Positions 32,201 through 42,432 of a stretch of DNA of 64,000 bases are shown in pieces; position 1 is the first letter of the stretch, and the number at the start of each line of letters is the position of its first letter. The position numbers and the translations under genes were made by a program. The notes below the pieces were generated by a model. The model was not told the origin of the DNA. It searched no databases and saw only the letters and a list, made by a program, of their open reading frames with translations. Source of the stretch: an uncultured Planctomycetaceae bacterium (lineage in GTDB: Bacteria; Planctomycetota; Planctomycetia; Planctomycetales; Planctomycetaceae); assembly GCA_963815195.1 (NCBI GenBank), contig CAWFGE010000007.1, positions 288,001 to 352,000 of the forward strand, written 5' to 3'.

Positions 32201-32570
32201 ATATCTCGACGGCCAGACTCGCAACCGGGCCGATCACGTCGAGCGGTTCCAGACGGATCCCGATTGCCCAGTGTTCTTAATCAGCCTGAAAGCGGGCGGA
32301 TTGGGCCTGAACCTGACGGCCGCGGATTATGTGTTTTTGCTCGATCCCTGGTGGAATCCCGCCGTGGAAGCCCAAGCCATCGACCGGGCGCACCGCGTGG
32401 GCCAAACCCGCCAGGTGTTCGCCTACCGCCTGATCTGCCGGGGCACCGTGGAAGAAAAAATCGCCGAGCTTCAAAACCAGAAACGCGACCTGGCGGACGC
32501 GATCTTGGAAGCGAACAACAATATGCTTAAGGACCTCTCGACCGAGGACCTGGAGATGTTGCTGTCGTAG
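29250..32570 (+). CDS. SWIM zinc finger-SNF2 family helicase/ATPase
   Basis: CTC..CKH SWIM motif; LADDMGLGKT, DEAQ, SGTPIEN, GLNLT and QAIDRAHRVGQ. Confidence 0.95.
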   Translation: MTLTELLENKFRADLRFRGETYVKAERVSLIRITPDQVFGIVQDSVEYETQLSRDDSQLKMYCTCEAFQRSGVCKHLWATIVAVQEAGLVAGAVRPGHIPPFAAEMEPNFLAGSIWDEDDELDDLSDVYHPPASAAGGNGQSAVHVKPRLRPWEAKLQELRGKMQTNEPAAPNAGREREIFYEIDVSDSRSVGQLVIQTSQRQRRANGQWGKLKPLKLRPGKLDEVEHEDDSKILAYLSGGTPERTNWHAQQAEIQTAVYRYRVPFELSELILPLMCHTGRVRYLDSHETDRQNLEWDDGPAWELTMRIALDQDQDEWKLEGLLKRDEESMPARKAVLIVPGGLVLTHTKIARLRDFDAFDWINVLSSENALRVPHGEQQELVDTLFDMPTLPRLELPEELQLEEITCDPKPQLTIQSPRGKRWHLERLQGQVHFDYLESLVPASSSQWALVQREQGRCILRNRDQEDEAWAQLHELGFRRMLDQRRRGHDVEIAARFLGPAVRRLMELGWQVHADGKQVRQPGEFNFRIKSGIDWFELHGEVQFEGQSISFPELLSALARGDSTVRLSDGSLGILPEDWAKKFGLLAGLGVAEEDHMRFAHNQVALLDALLSAQEHVERDEQFEILRDRFKNFTGVDPAGEPKGFVGELRGYQREGLGWLEFLQEFRLGGCLADDMGLGKTIQVLALLMDRRKNQKKQQPSLIVVPKSLLFNWHHECTRFTPQLSVLEYTGLDRENLRPHFEDHDVILTTYGTLRRDIVHLKDTRFDYVVLDEAQTIKNAGSQVAKASRLLQANNRVALSGTPIENHLGDLWSIFEFLNPGMLGRSSIFKSYANDSGDDNTRSLLASALHPFILRRTKRQVASELPEKLEQTIYCDMGREQQRLYNELRDHYRSSLLGLVQKQGLGKSKMHVLEALLRLRQSACHPALLDKGTEDESSAKLDVLVPHLQELIEEDHKALVFSQFTSMLSIVRKHLDREGIPYEYLDGQTRNRADHVERFQTDPDCPVFLISLKAGGLGLNLTAADYVFLLDPWWNPAVEAQAIDRAHRVGQTRQVFAYRLICRGTVEEKIAELQNQKRDLADAILEANNNMLKDLSTEDLEMLLS

Positions 32571-32589
32571 TGGCGTGTCGGAAACGGCA

Positions 32590-32673
32590 GGCGAGCGGGA
32601 GGCGTAAGCCTCCCCGTCATTCGAAGCAACCCAAAACTCCCCGAAACCAGGAGGCTTACGCCTCCCGCTCGCC
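32590..32673. repeat. REP family D pair (GGCGAGCGGGAGGCGTAAGCCTCC...GGAGGCTTACGCCTCCCGCTCGCC)
   Basis: 24-bp inverted repeat between convergent genes; single arm at 40309-40333. Confidence 0.8.
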
Positions 32674-32680
32674 AAAAAAA

Positions 32681-33553
32681 TCAAAAAACCAGCCGCTCGG
32701 CGGGGAATACGGGGCCTTCGACGCAGGTGCGGCGGTAGTCCCAGCCCTCCTCTTCCCGGATGCGGGTCACGCAGCTAAAGCAAGCGCCGATGCCGCAGGC
32801 CATGGGGGTTTCGAGCGACAGCCAGCAACGGACGCCGTGCTTCGCGCAGAGTTCTGCCACGCGGTGCATCATCGGTTCGGGGCCACAGGTGTATACGCAG
32901 TCGGGCGGGTTGTCCCCGGCAAGTGATCGGGCGAGAAGGTCCGTCACGTAGCCATGATGGGCAAAGCTGCCGTCGTCGGTGGAAAGTTGGAGGTCGAGTC
33001 CCTCCATCGAAAAATCATCGAGTCCGGCGAGATAATCTTTCGACCGCGCTCCGTAGCAGAGGGAAACGGTTTCGGGCTTCCGGGGCAGCTTGCGGGGCGG
33101 ATCGCCGTAGGTTTTTTGGCCCAGGGCTTCGCGGACGACGGCCAAAAACGGCGTCTGCCCGATGCCGCCCGCCACGCACATCAGATGCCTGCCTTCGGGG
33201 ATCGGAAAACCATTCCCCAACGGCCCCCAAATCCCCAAGGTCTCGCCCGGCTTCCAGGTGCTCATCAGCGACGTGAGCTTGCCAATGACCACATAGCCAA
33301 AGTCCAATCCCGCAGGCTGGCCGGCTTCTTCAAAGACATCATAGAGCGCAAACGGCCGGCCCAAGAGCGGATCGTTCCGCCCCAAGGCCCGGATCATAAA
33401 AAACTGCCCCGGCACGATCTGCGCAGCGATTTCCGGACACCCTAGCCTCAGCCGATAGGTGTCCTTCGCCATCCGCTCTTGCTCCACCACCGGCACGATC
33501 CGCTCAACCGCCCGCGGCATCAACCCCGGCAAACATAAGGCATTCTCGGACAT
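32681..33553 (-). CDS. pyrK: Dihydroorotate dehydrogenase electron-transfer subunit
   Basis: PGQF, RPFAL, GPLGNGF, AGGIG, CGPEPMM and [11 protein letters not shown]...CVEGPVF. Confidence 0.9.
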   Translation of the reverse strand: MSENALCLPGLMPRAVERIVPVVEQERMAKDTYRLRLGCPEIAAQIVPGQFFMIRALGRNDPLLGRPFALYDVFEEAGQPAGLDFGYVVIGKLTSLMSTWKPGETLGIWGPLGNGFPIPEGRHLMCVAGGIGQTPFLAVVREALGQKTYGDPPRKLPRKPETVSLCYGARSKDYLAGLDDFSMEGLDLQLSTDDGSFAHHGYVTDLLARSLAGDNPPDCVYTCGPEPMMHRVAELCAKHGVRCWLSLETPMACGIGACFSCVTRIREEEGWDYRRTCVEGPVFPAERLVF

Positions 33554-33610
33554 GATCGTCCTTCGGATTTCAATTCGTATCAATCAGAAAAATCGCAGTC
33601 TCTCAACAAG

Positions 33611-35029
33611 TCACGGTTTTAGCAACGCATCCAGTTCCGCGTCGAGCCGGGTTCGCTGCTCTTGCATTTTGGGTTCTTGAATGAGGTTCGTCATTTCGTA
33701 AGGATCGGCTTTGAGGTCGTAGAGTTCATCCATGCCTTTGAGGTCGGTGTAGCGGATGTATTTCCAACGATTCGTGCGGATGGCGCGGTAGCCCATGTTT
33801 CGGACCCGCGGGAAGACCGTGTCGGTGTTGTATTGGATGAGGAAGGACGTTCGCCAATCCGCGGGCGTTTGCCCCTCGAGCAGGGGCTTTAAACTTCGGC
33901 CGTCGGTTCTCATTGCGTCCGCGGGAACTCCGGCCAAATCCAGAATCGTGGGGGCGAGATCGATGCTCAGGGCGAATTGATCGATCACTCGACCGGGCTT
34001 TACGAGCCGGGGATCGCGGACCAAGAGCGGAATGCGGATGCCTTCTTCGTAGGCCAGTCGGCGTTCGACGCTCAGGCCGTGCTCGCCGTACCAATAGCCG
34101 TGGTCGCTGGTGAAAATGAACACGGTGTCATCGAGCGTGCCGAGGGTGTTCAATTCGGACAAGAGCCGCCCCACCCCGTCATCGATGCCCGCGAGCATTC
34201 GCAGCCGATCGCGGACGGTCTCGTCGTCGGTGCCGGTTTCGGGTCCGAGCGGCGGCTGGCCTGCGATCTTTTGCGTCAAGGCGGGTTTGTCGCTCACATC
34301 GTCCAACACATTGAGCCGGCGGGGAATCGCATCATCCGTGTAAAGGGTTTCATGCCGTTTCGCGGGCAGGAACTTTGCGGCTTGGGGATCGGTGATGCTG
34401 CCGTCGTCCCGCTGCGTCAGTTCGGGATGCAGGGCTTTATGAGAGAGATACAAACAAAAAGGCTTCGTGCGCTTCCGGCGGACGAAAGCCAAGGCTTTGC
34501 CGTTGAGCACATCGCTGGTGTGCCCGGTGGTGTGGAATCGCTTCCCGTCCACATTGAGCAAGGGATCGAACGAAGTGCCTTGGCCTTTGAGGCAGACCCA
34601 ATGATCGAATCCGGGGCGGGGGGTGTCATCGTTGCCCATGTGCCATTTGCCGATGAAGGCGGTTTCGTAGCCGGCTTTTTGGAGGGCCTGCGGGAAGGTT
34701 TTGAGCTGATGGCTCCGCTCGCTGCGGTTGGTGTTGTCGAGGATCCCGTGATGATGGGTGTGGAGTCCCGTCAACAAGCCCGCCCGCACCGGCGAGCACA
34801 AAGGCGTCGTGCAGAAGGCGTTGCGGAAGCGGGCTCCTTCCGAAGCGAGCCGGTCGATGTGCGGCGTCTTCACAAAGGGATGCCCCGTGCAGCAAAGCTC
34901 ATCCCAGCGCAAATCATCCACCAAGACCACGACGAAACTCGGCCGCGTCCCCGCCGCGCCGGCCGGCTGCCAAGCGGTAAAAAAACCGGCCAGCAGAATC
35001 AAAACAATCAGCCGATGGCCAAGTCTCAT
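33611..35029 (-). CDS. Formylglycine-dependent (S1) sulfatase, exported
   Basis: DDLRWD, CSPVRAGLLTG (CxPxR), GKWHMG, FTSDHG and ELYDL..DP.E; start at MRLGHR. Confidence 0.95.
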   Translation of the reverse strand: MRLGHRLIVLILLAGFFTAWQPAGAAGTRPSFVVVLVDDLRWDELCCTGHPFVKTPHIDRLASEGARFRNAFCTTPLCSPVRAGLLTGLHTHHHGILDNTNRSERSHQLKTFPQALQKAGYETAFIGKWHMGNDDTPRPGFDHWVCLKGQGTSFDPLLNVDGKRFHTTGHTSDVLNGKALAFVRRKRTKPFCLYLSHKALHPELTQRDDGSITDPQAAKFLPAKRHETLYTDDAIPRRLNVLDDVSDKPALTQKIAGQPPLGPETGTDDETVRDRLRMLAGIDDGVGRLLSELNTLGTLDDTVFIFTSDHGYWYGEHGLSVERRLAYEEGIRIPLLVRDPRLVKPGRVIDQFALSIDLAPTILDLAGVPADAMRTDGRSLKPLLEGQTPADWRTSFLIQYNTDTVFPRVRNMGYRAIRTNRWKYIRYTDLKGMDELYDLKADPYEMTNLIQEPKMQEQRTRLDAELDALLKP

Positions 35030-35364
35030 GGTTTCACCTGTTTGCCTTAGGATCCCGTCATGCGGTTTGGGGAAAGGTCCATTTCGTGAAAACCCCGATT
35101 TTCGAAGCGTGTTCATAGATTGGGGATTCTCGCGGCAAACTGCAACCAATTTCGCCGCGAGTTGCGGGGATTCGCCGGCCGGTTTTCCCGGGAATCCCGG
35201 CCGCGAATGTAACGAGCCGCTTACGAAATGCGATTTTTCGTGGCAATCTTCTTGGAGATAGATATACTGGGGAAAGTGGATTTTTCCTCGAACTTTCCAA
35301 AACCGGGCCGAGTTTGCTCTGCACGTATTTGTCAGGGCGGTCTTTCGGCGGGAGTGAACGGTCA

Positions 35365-38300
35365 ATGTACGGAACCCAATCTCGGTTTGCTGATTTCTTC
35401 GCCATCTTTTCGAGCCGCCGAGTGATCCTTTTGGGGGCATTGGCCTTGGGCCTTGCCTTGGGAGGCCGTCTGGTTCTGGCCCAGGTGGAGGAAAAGCCGG
35501 CTGAAACGCCCGTGGCGAAACCGGCGGAGAAAAAACCCGAGGCCAAGACCGACGCGACCGCAAAAGCCGAGAAACCCGCCCAGAAGAAAGACGACGCCCA
35601 GAAGCCGGCGGCGAATCCGCTGAAGAACCTGTTTCGCGGGATTTTCGGCGGGGTCAAACCGCAGCAGGGGATCATTCCGCAGAATCCCCAGAACGCGGGC
35701 AACGTGAAGGAACCGGCCAACGGCGACACCGCCGCGCGGGACCGCATCGACGCCCGGGCCCCGTTTGATCCGACGATGGCCAAGCTGCTCCGCCGGGCCG
35801 AGAAGCACATGGAAGCGGCCCGCGCGGGCGACGATGAGGAATGGGCGTTGGCTTTGCAGATTTTGAAGCATATCCTCGATCCCTCGCGGCCCACGGATGA
35901 CAATCAGCCGGTGGAAAACTCCCTCATCCGCGGACCGGACGGGAAGCTGACGACCATGCGGCACGAAGCGAACCGGCTGTTGTCCGAATTCCCGCCCGCC
36001 CGGTTGGCTTCGTATCGCGAAGAGTTCGGCGGGCTGGCCGGCAACATGTTTGAGGACGCCAAGCGAAACGGCAACATCGAGCAAATCGTGACCGTGGCGA
36101 CGCAGTTCTTTCATACCCCCGCCGGCCAGGAAGCGGCCAACTGGATGGGGATGCGGCACTTCGACCACGGAGAGTTCGGCATGGCCGCCCGCTGGTTTCG
36201 GCAACTGCTCAAATACGAAGCCGGTCTCACGCAGGATCGGCATTGGCTGCTGAAGGCGGCGGTGGCGTTTCATCAAGCCGGCGACGAAAAAGCCAGCCGG
36301 GAGCTTTTGGAAAAGACCGCCGGGATTTCGCTCCGTGTCGGAGAAAAACCCGTCTCGCCGGTGGAGTTCCTCGCCCGCCTGAATCCGGAGATGGAAGCGC
36401 GGGTGCCCGTTTTGGATGACTGGCCCATGCTCTACGGCACCCCCAGCCATTTGGCCAAGGCCCAGGGCGGCGATCCGCTGTTGTTGTCGCGGTGGTCCCA
36501 ACCGCTCACCAACAGCCACCGGGCTCTCGAAAGCATCGATGAACTGGTCGACGACCTGAACGACGAGCAACTCGCCACGGTGCCCGCGTTCTCGCCGATC
36601 ATGGTGGACGGCAAAGTGATCTTCCGCACGCTGGGCGGCGTGCGCGTGGTCGAAGCGAAGAGCGGGCAAATGCTGTGGGAAACCCGCGCGGGGATTTCTC
36701 CCGAAAGCCTGCTCACGGGCGTTCAAAACACCCAGCCGCAATACATGCAGCAGATGGCCTTCATGGGCGGGTTTCCGGGGAACTCGGTGTCCTATTACAC
36801 CGGCAACGGGGCGAACTTCAACGCGCTCACGAGCCTGTTGTTCCGCGACGGCACGTGGGGGACGATCTCCAGCGATAGCGAGCAGTTGTTCGTTCTGGAA
36901 GATCACGCGGTGATGCTGCCCTATCAACCGGGAAATTATTGGGCGTTTCGCGACGGTATGACCGACGCCCACCGCCGGGATTACTCGACCAACAAGATCG
37001 TTTCCTACCACCTCGAAACCGGGCGGCCCCGCTGGGAGATCGGCGGAACCGAAATGGACGAGCCCTTCGACCGCCGGCTCGCGGGGCAATATTTCTTCGG
37101 CGTCCCGGTGGCCGATCAGGGCGAACTGTTCGTCATCGGCGAGCGGGACAATGAAATCCGGCTGTTCACTTTGGACCGCGAGACCGGCCGGCCCATATGG
37201 TCGCAGCTTGTCGCCTATTCCGACGCCAAGATCGAGCGCGACTTCGGCCGGCGGTGGTGGAACGCCCAAGCGGGCGTGAGCCGGGGCGTGCTCGTCTGCC
37301 CGACGACAGTGGGCTGGCTGGTGGCGATCGACCGTTTGAACCATTCGGTCCTCTGGGCCCACCGCTACACCGAACCGAACCGCGCGCCCGAACCGAACCG
37401 CTTCAACGATTACAACAACAACCTCGTCCCGCAATCGTCGCTGAACACGGTGTGGGGGCCGTCGGCTCCGATCATCGCCGGGCATCGCGTCGTGTATGCC
37501 CCGCCCGAAGATGCCACGCTGGTTTGCCTCGATCTGTTCACGGGCGAAAAACTCTGGTCCCGCCAGAAAGAAGACAACCTGTATCTCGCGGGCGTCTTCG
37601 AAAACCAGGCCGTGGTCGTCGGCAAGACCTCGGCCTCCGCGATTTCGATGGAGACCGGCTCCACGCTCTGGTCGCTCTCCTGGGAAGCCGACGACGGCAA
37701 GCCCTGCGGCATGGGCGTGGCCGTCGGCAACGTTTATCACCTGCCCTTATCCTCGGGCCAACTTTGGACGCTCGACTTAAACGGCGGCAAGGTGCTGGCC
37801 AAATCCCAACTGCCCGACGATTTGCCGCAATTGGGGAACCTGGGGATGTACCGGGGGATGCTCTTGTCGCTCGGGCCCAAAGGCCTCACCGCCTACGCGC
37901 AGCAGCAGGCGATCGAACAGGAAATCCTCGCTCGCCGAAAACAGAACCCGCGCGATTCCTGGGCCGATTTGTTCGAGGCGAACATCCAGTCCCTCAAGCA
38001 GAACCACGACCCGGCCCTCGAACTGTTGCGGAAGGTCGAGCCCGAAAAACTCTCGCCCCAGGACCAGACCCGCTACCGCAGCCTGATGATGGCATCGCTC
38101 ACGGAACTCTTGCGGGCGGACTTCCGGCACCGCGACAAGGAGTTCGGCGAACTCGAGGCGTTCGTGAAATCCGACGAGGAGCGGCTGACGTTCCGCCGGC
38201 TGACCGCGGACCGCCTGAGCGCCACGGGCGATTTTGCGTCAGCCTTTGACGAGTACCTGGAACTGGCCGACAGCAACGGCAGCCGGGAAGTCGCGCGGGA

Positions 38301-40302
38301 CGACGATCCCCGCGTGCGGTTGAGCCTGGAGCGCTGGCTGTCGGGCCGGTTGGAGCAGCTTTGGCGGAACGTGTCCGGCGACGACCGGGCCCGGCTCGAT
38401 GAACGGATCGCCGCGACCGCGGAAGCCGCCAAATCGCAGGACGCCCTACAGGCTGAGCGGTTCTTGCTGTTGTTCGGCTTCCACCCCGCGGCCGTCACCG
38501 TCCGCCGGGCCTTGGTGGAAGAGTTTGCCCTCGCGGGCGATGTGGCCCGCGCGGAGAACCAACTCCTCAAACTCAGCCGGGATCCCGACGACCGCGTGGC
38601 CGCGATGGCCTTAAAGCGCCTGGCCCGTTTGTTCCGCGACCAGGGTTTCCCCCGCGATGCGAATTATTATTACAAGCGCCTCGAAGAACGCTTCCCGAAA
38701 GTCCGCCTGGAAGACGGGAAACAGGTCTCCGTGCTGCTCGCAGAGTTGAAGGCCGGCGGAAAATTCGGCTCACCGGCCAGCCAGCCCGTCGCCTGGAGCG
38801 ATGCAAAGATCGAAGAACTCCGCACGGGGACCAACTATTCCTACGGCAACCAGGAACACGACCTGCAATACTCGCCCTACCGCCTGCCTTACTTCCAGGA
38901 TCGCCGGCTGCGGTTCTTTTACACCGATCAGCACCTGGGCGTGACCAAGGCGGCGACCGACGAGATGGAATGGCTCATACCGCTCCGGCGGGGACCCGAC
39001 GGCGGGCCGGGCCAAAGCAACATGATGCCCGCGGATACCTCCGGGCATTTGCTGTTCGTCGTGCACTACGGCGTCTTGCACGCGCTCTCGCCGATCGATC
39101 GCAAGATCCTCTGGACTTATGCCCTTGATCCCAAGGCGCACCAAAACTCTTACTATTCCAACTCGAACGCGCCGCTGCCGATGCAGTCGAACCGTTCGCT
39201 GAACACGCAGCAATGGCTGCAGCAGGACGGCTCCCGCCGGCATCAACAGTCGGCGCTTGCCGTCGTGAACAGCGATTATGTCTGCGTCAAGGGCCGGCGG
39301 ATGATTTCGGTCCACGATGCCATCACCGGCCGGCTGCGCTGGTCCAAGGACCGCTTGAAAACCAACACCCTGGTGTACGGAACCGATTCGGTGGTGTTCC
39401 TCGTCCCGCCGGACATGCAGAACGCGGTCGCGTTGAGCGCGACCGACGGGCGGCGAGTCGATGTGCCCAATTTGGATCAACTCATGCTGAGCACGATCCG
39501 CATTCTCCCGGGCGGCATGGTGCTCGCCGAGTCCAAAGCCTCCAAGAGCATCTTGGGCCTCTCGCGGGGCACGACCGTCATGCGGTTCTTCGACCCGTTC
39601 GAACGCCGGGACCGCTGGACCGCCGAGTATCCCAGTGGCTCGTATCTGGCGTTGACGGACGACGATTACCTCGCGGCCCTCAAACCGGACGGGCATTTGG
39701 ACCTGCTCGATCTGGAAACAGGCAAAACTCAAACCATGCAGGGCGTGACGGAAGACGACCTGAAATCGAAAACCGAGGTCCGGGTGCTCGCCGACCACGA
39801 CAACGTGTACCTCATCATCAACCGCAAACGCGACACCAGCGGCCGCTTCTATTATTACAGCGACGGGAACATGGCCACCGTGACCGTGAACGGCTCCATC
39901 TTCGCCTGGAACCGCGAAACAGGCAAATTCCTCTGGCAGCAAAAAGTCGACGACCAGAAGCTGGTGCTGATGCACTTCACGCACTCGCCGCTGCTCGTGT
40001 TCTACACGCGGATGTACAAACGCGTGGAGAACTTCGGGTTTTATGCGACGAACACCTTGGCCGTTGACAAGTTCACCGGCAAGAAGCGCGTGGAGGTCTC
40101 GGCCCCGACGAATTATTCGGGCTTTCAGACGTACGACCTCAGCCTGAGGGAACGCACGCTGGAGATGAGGTCCTATCAATCCCGGCTCCGCATCACCGCC
40201 CTCGCCCCCGGAACCGCCGAGGACGACGACGGGAAATCCAAGCCGCCTAAGGACAAACAACTCACCGAAGCCGCCACGGCCGAGAAGCCGAAACCGAAGT
40301 AA
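35365..40302 (+). CDS. Large PQQ-like beta-propeller/TPR envelope protein (BamB-like repeats)
   Basis: Signal peptide; DWPMLYG, multiple 'TG..LW' propeller blades and helical TPR-like inserts. Confidence 0.85.
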   Translation: MYGTQSRFADFFAIFSSRRVILLGALALGLALGGRLVLAQVEEKPAETPVAKPAEKKPEAKTDATAKAEKPAQKKDDAQKPAANPLKNLFRGIFGGVKPQQGIIPQNPQNAGNVKEPANGDTAARDRIDARAPFDPTMAKLLRRAEKHMEAARAGDDEEWALALQILKHILDPSRPTDDNQPVENSLIRGPDGKLTTMRHEANRLLSEFPPARLASYREEFGGLAGNMFEDAKRNGNIEQIVTVATQFFHTPAGQEAANWMGMRHFDHGEFGMAARWFRQLLKYEAGLTQDRHWLLKAAVAFHQAGDEKASRELLEKTAGISLRVGEKPVSPVEFLARLNPEMEARVPVLDDWPMLYGTPSHLAKAQGGDPLLLSRWSQPLTNSHRALESIDELVDDLNDEQLATVPAFSPIMVDGKVIFRTLGGVRVVEAKSGQMLWETRAGISPESLLTGVQNTQPQYMQQMAFMGGFPGNSVSYYTGNGANFNALTSLLFRDGTWGTISSDSEQLFVLEDHAVMLPYQPGNYWAFRDGMTDAHRRDYSTNKIVSYHLETGRPRWEIGGTEMDEPFDRRLAGQYFFGVPVADQGELFVIGERDNEIRLFTLDRETGRPIWSQLVAYSDAKIERDFGRRWWNAQAGVSRGVLVCPTTVGWLVAIDRLNHSVLWAHRYTEPNRAPEPNRFNDYNNNLVPQSSLNTVWGPSAPIIAGHRVVYAPPEDATLVCLDLFTGEKLWSRQKEDNLYLAGVFENQAVVVGKTSASAISMETGSTLWSLSWEADDGKPCGMGVAVGNVYHLPLSSGQLWTLDLNGGKVLAKSQLPDDLPQLGNLGMYRGMLLSLGPKGLTAYAQQQAIEQEILARRKQNPRDSWADLFEANIQSLKQNHDPALELLRKVEPEKLSPQDQTRYRSLMMASLTELLRADFRHRDKEFGELEAFVKSDEERLTFRRLTADRLSATGDFASAFDEYLELADSNGSREVARDDDPRVRLSLERWLSGRLEQLWRNVSGDDRARLDERIAATAEAAKSQDALQAERFLLLFGFHPAAVTVRRALVEEFALAGDVARAENQLLKLSRDPDDRVAAMALKRLARLFRDQGFPRDANYYYKRLEERFPKVRLEDGKQVSVLLAELKAGGKFGSPASQPVAWSDAKIEELRTGTNYSYGNQEHDLQYSPYRLPYFQDRRLRFFYTDQHLGVTKAATDEMEWLIPLRRGPDGGPGQSNMMPADTSGHLLFVVHYGVLHALSPIDRKILWTYALDPKAHQNSYYSNSNAPLPMQSNRSLNTQQWLQQDGSRRHQQSALAVVNSDYVCVKGRRMISVHDAITGRLRWSKDRLKTNTLVYGTDSVVFLVPPDMQNAVALSATDGRRVDVPNLDQLMLSTIRILPGGMVLAESKASKSILGLSRGTTVMRFFDPFERRDRWTAEYPSGSYLALTDDDYLAALKPDGHLDLLDLETGKTQTMQGVTEDDLKSKTEVRVLADHDNVYLIINRKRDTSGRFYYYSDGNMATVTVNGSIFAWNRETGKFLWQQKVDDQKLVLMHFTHSPLLVFYTRMYKRVENFGFYATNTLAVDKFTGKKRVEVSAPTNYSGFQTYDLSLRERTLEMRSYQSRLRITALAPGTAEDDDGKSKPPKDKQLTEAATAEKPKPK

Positions 40303-40367
40303 GCTCTCGGCGAGCGGGAGGCGTGAGCCTCCTGGTCACAAAGGACCGCTTACTTCGTGCGCGGCTC

Positions 40368-40664
40368 TTACCCGCCCGAAACCGCCCCGACAACGATGAA
40401 CGGCTCGCGTCCGGTTGTCACGTCGTCGGGCAGCGGCGTGTCGGGCGAATCGTGCGAGAGATCCTCCTGGCAGGCATAAAACCGCAAGAGCGGCCGCCGC
40501 TGTTTGGTGACCTGATCGCGGATCGTCCCCACGAGTGCCGGGTGCTTCGCTTCCAGAGCATCCAAAACCGTTCGCTGCGTCACGGGGCCTTTCACCTCGA
40601 GCGCCACCTCGCGGTCAACCCCGGCCAGGTTCCGCAAATGATACGGCAATTCCACGCGGATCAT
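40368..40664 (-). CDS. MoaD/ThiS family sulfur carrier
   Basis: Ubiquitin-like pattern (VELPYHLR..., LEAKHPAL) ending in AVSGG. Confidence 0.9.
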   Translation of the reverse strand: MIRVELPYHLRNLAGVDREVALEVKGPVTQRTVLDALEAKHPALVGTIRDQVTKQRRPLLRFYACQEDLSHDSPDTPLPDDVTTGREPFIVVGAVSGG

Positions 40665-40785
40665 CTTAAGCTACGTTCCAAGGATAATGGGAGTGTTTTA
40701 ATCAAACGAATTCCGCGGGCTCATCATCAAATCCTCGCGACCAACTCGGCCGTTCAGCCGTGGATGTCTTCATCGTACCGCCCCG

Positions 40786-42396
40786 TCATTTCTCGTTCGG
40801 TCCGCGGAAGGCGTCGAAGCGGTAGCGGATCATCTCGCCTTTGCCTTTGACGCTGATGAACTCGAGGGCCGAGCCTTCGCACAGGTGGGCCACCTTGTCC
40901 CAGGCGTCGCCGCTCAAGGCGATCGCTCCGCTGACGCCGTGGCTTTCCATGCGGGCCGCGGTGTTCACCGTATCGCCGAACAAATCGAACAAATACTGCC
41001 GGCTGCCCAAAACGCCGCCGAGCACCTGGCCGAAGTGAATCCCCACCCGCAGGTTCCAGCCGGTGGGCAGGCTGTGCGTGGCGGCGATCATCTCCTGCCC
41101 GAACTTGATGCAATTCAGCACCGGGTTTTCGACCGGCACCAACAGCCCGCACGCCGCCATGAACGCATCGCCGATGGTTTTGATTTTCTGAATCTCGTGT
41201 TTCTGGGCCGCCTCTTCCCAGGCTTCGACGAGCTGCTGAAGATGATGCACCACGTCTTCGGGCGTGTGCTTTTCGCAATACGGCGTAAAATCGACGATGT
41301 CCGCAAACAGCACCGCCACCTGATCGTACCGCCGCGGCGCGACGGAGTTGGTGGCCTTCAGCTCCGAAACGATTTGAGGCGGCAGAATCACGTGCAGCAA
41401 TTCGTCGGCCCGCCGGCGTTCGCGGTCGATCTCCATCAAATGCTTCCGCTCCCGCTCCCTGAGCCGCTTCTTCTCGAGGCACGCCCCGATGCGGGCCTTG
41501 AGAAACACCGGATTGTAGGGCCGAGTGAGGTAGTCCTCGGCTCCCATTTTGATGCAGCTGACCACATAGTCGATCTCGTTGAGCGCGGAGATCATAATCA
41601 CCGGCACGTCGCGAAGCCGCTTGTCGGATTTGAGTTTGATCAAGACGGAAAAGCCGTCCATCTCGGGCATCACGATGTCCAACAGCACGAGGTCATAAAC
41701 CCCCGCCGCCAGCATCGCCAGGGCGTCCCGTCCGTTGGAGGCGGCCTCGACTTCGTGGCCGTGCGATTCGAGCAATCGCCTGAGAATATCGCGGTTGATC
41801 TCGTTGTCGTCGACGATCAGAATCCGTCCCGTCTCGGAGCTTTCGTTCTCCGAATCCCGCGCCATCCGCTGCACCATCTCTTGGATTTTTTTGAGATCCG
41901 GCAGGTCCGCGGGCATCACCGAGGCTTCCATGTTCCACGAGGCGAGGATCGTATCGATTCGCTCGAAGCACCGCTTGCCGAGCGTATGCAGCATTTCGAG
42001 ATCCGGAAGAAACTCGTCGAGAAAAAAATCCCCCGCATCTTCGATCCACATCTCCGAATAGTTGATCACCGGGTTCAGCTTGTTCAACATGTCGTGCCGA
42101 ATCCGGGAGCGGAGGCTCTCGAGCTCGGCTTCGTCCGCCGCGTCGAGTTCCGCCGGCGCGAGCACGGTTTCGATCAGTCTTTTGAGTTCGACCGCCGCCT
42201 GGCGGATCCGCGCGATGTCTTCCTGAAACCGCGGTTGCTCGGCGGCTTTGGGATCGGCCGCGATGCGATCGGAGACCGCCAAAATGGCTTCGACCGGCGT
42301 GAGCAGCTCGTCCCGCTGCGTCGCCAGAAAAGCCCGCAGTGCCCGGGCCGGCGGATCGACCGATGCCGAAGTCGTCAAGGAGGAAGCAGCGTCCAT
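40786..42396 (-). CDS. Class III adenylate cyclase with a receiver domain and two N-terminal HisKA-like helical hairpins
   Basis: RDELLTPV and RHDMLNKLNPV; REC (ILIVDD, LLDIVMP); FADIVDFT, KIKTIGD and FDLFGDTVNTAARME. Confidence 0.92.
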   Translation of the reverse strand: MDAASSLTTSASVDPPARALRAFLATQRDELLTPVEAILAVSDRIAADPKAAEQPRFQEDIARIRQAAVELKRLIETVLAPAELDAADEAELESLRSRIRHDMLNKLNPVINYSEMWIEDAGDFFLDEFLPDLEMLHTLGKRCFERIDTILASWNMEASVMPADLPDLKKIQEMVQRMARDSENESSETGRILIVDDNEINRDILRRLLESHGHEVEAASNGRDALAMLAAGVYDLVLLDIVMPEMDGFSVLIKLKSDKRLRDVPVIMISALNEIDYVVSCIKMGAEDYLTRPYNPVFLKARIGACLEKKRLRERERKHLMEIDRERRRADELLHVILPPQIVSELKATNSVAPRRYDQVAVLFADIVDFTPYCEKHTPEDVVHHLQQLVEAWEEAAQKHEIQKIKTIGDAFMAACGLLVPVENPVLNCIKFGQEMIAATHSLPTGWNLRVGIHFGQVLGGVLGSRQYLFDLFGDTVNTAARMESHGVSGAIALSGDAWDKVAHLCEGSALEFISVKGKGEMIRYRFDAFRGPNEK

Positions 42397-42432
42397 GTTT
42401 GTCTCGGATGGGAGTAAATGAAATCGACCAAA

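Noticed and set aside
29250..32570. SNF2 helicase as part of an anti-phage defence island
   Set aside because: It is a standalone SWIM-SNF2 gene between ettA and pyrK, with no methylase, nuclease or other defence partners.
35030..35563. 178-aa N-terminal extension of the sulfatase ORF
   Set aside because: It overlaps the divergent beta-propeller gene and its promoter region; a proper signal peptide begins at the ATG at 35029.
27375..37740. Long antisense ORFs (e.g. 27375-29063, 30348-32237, 35362-37740)
   Set aside because: Shadow ORFs expected opposite high-GC coding genes; they contain no recognisable domains.
40368..40664. MoaD/ThiS gene as a functional member of the cyclase cluster or the molybdoenzyme operon
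   Set aside because: Only adjacency supports the first link, and it lies 30 kb from the second; no E1-like or MoaE partner is nearby.
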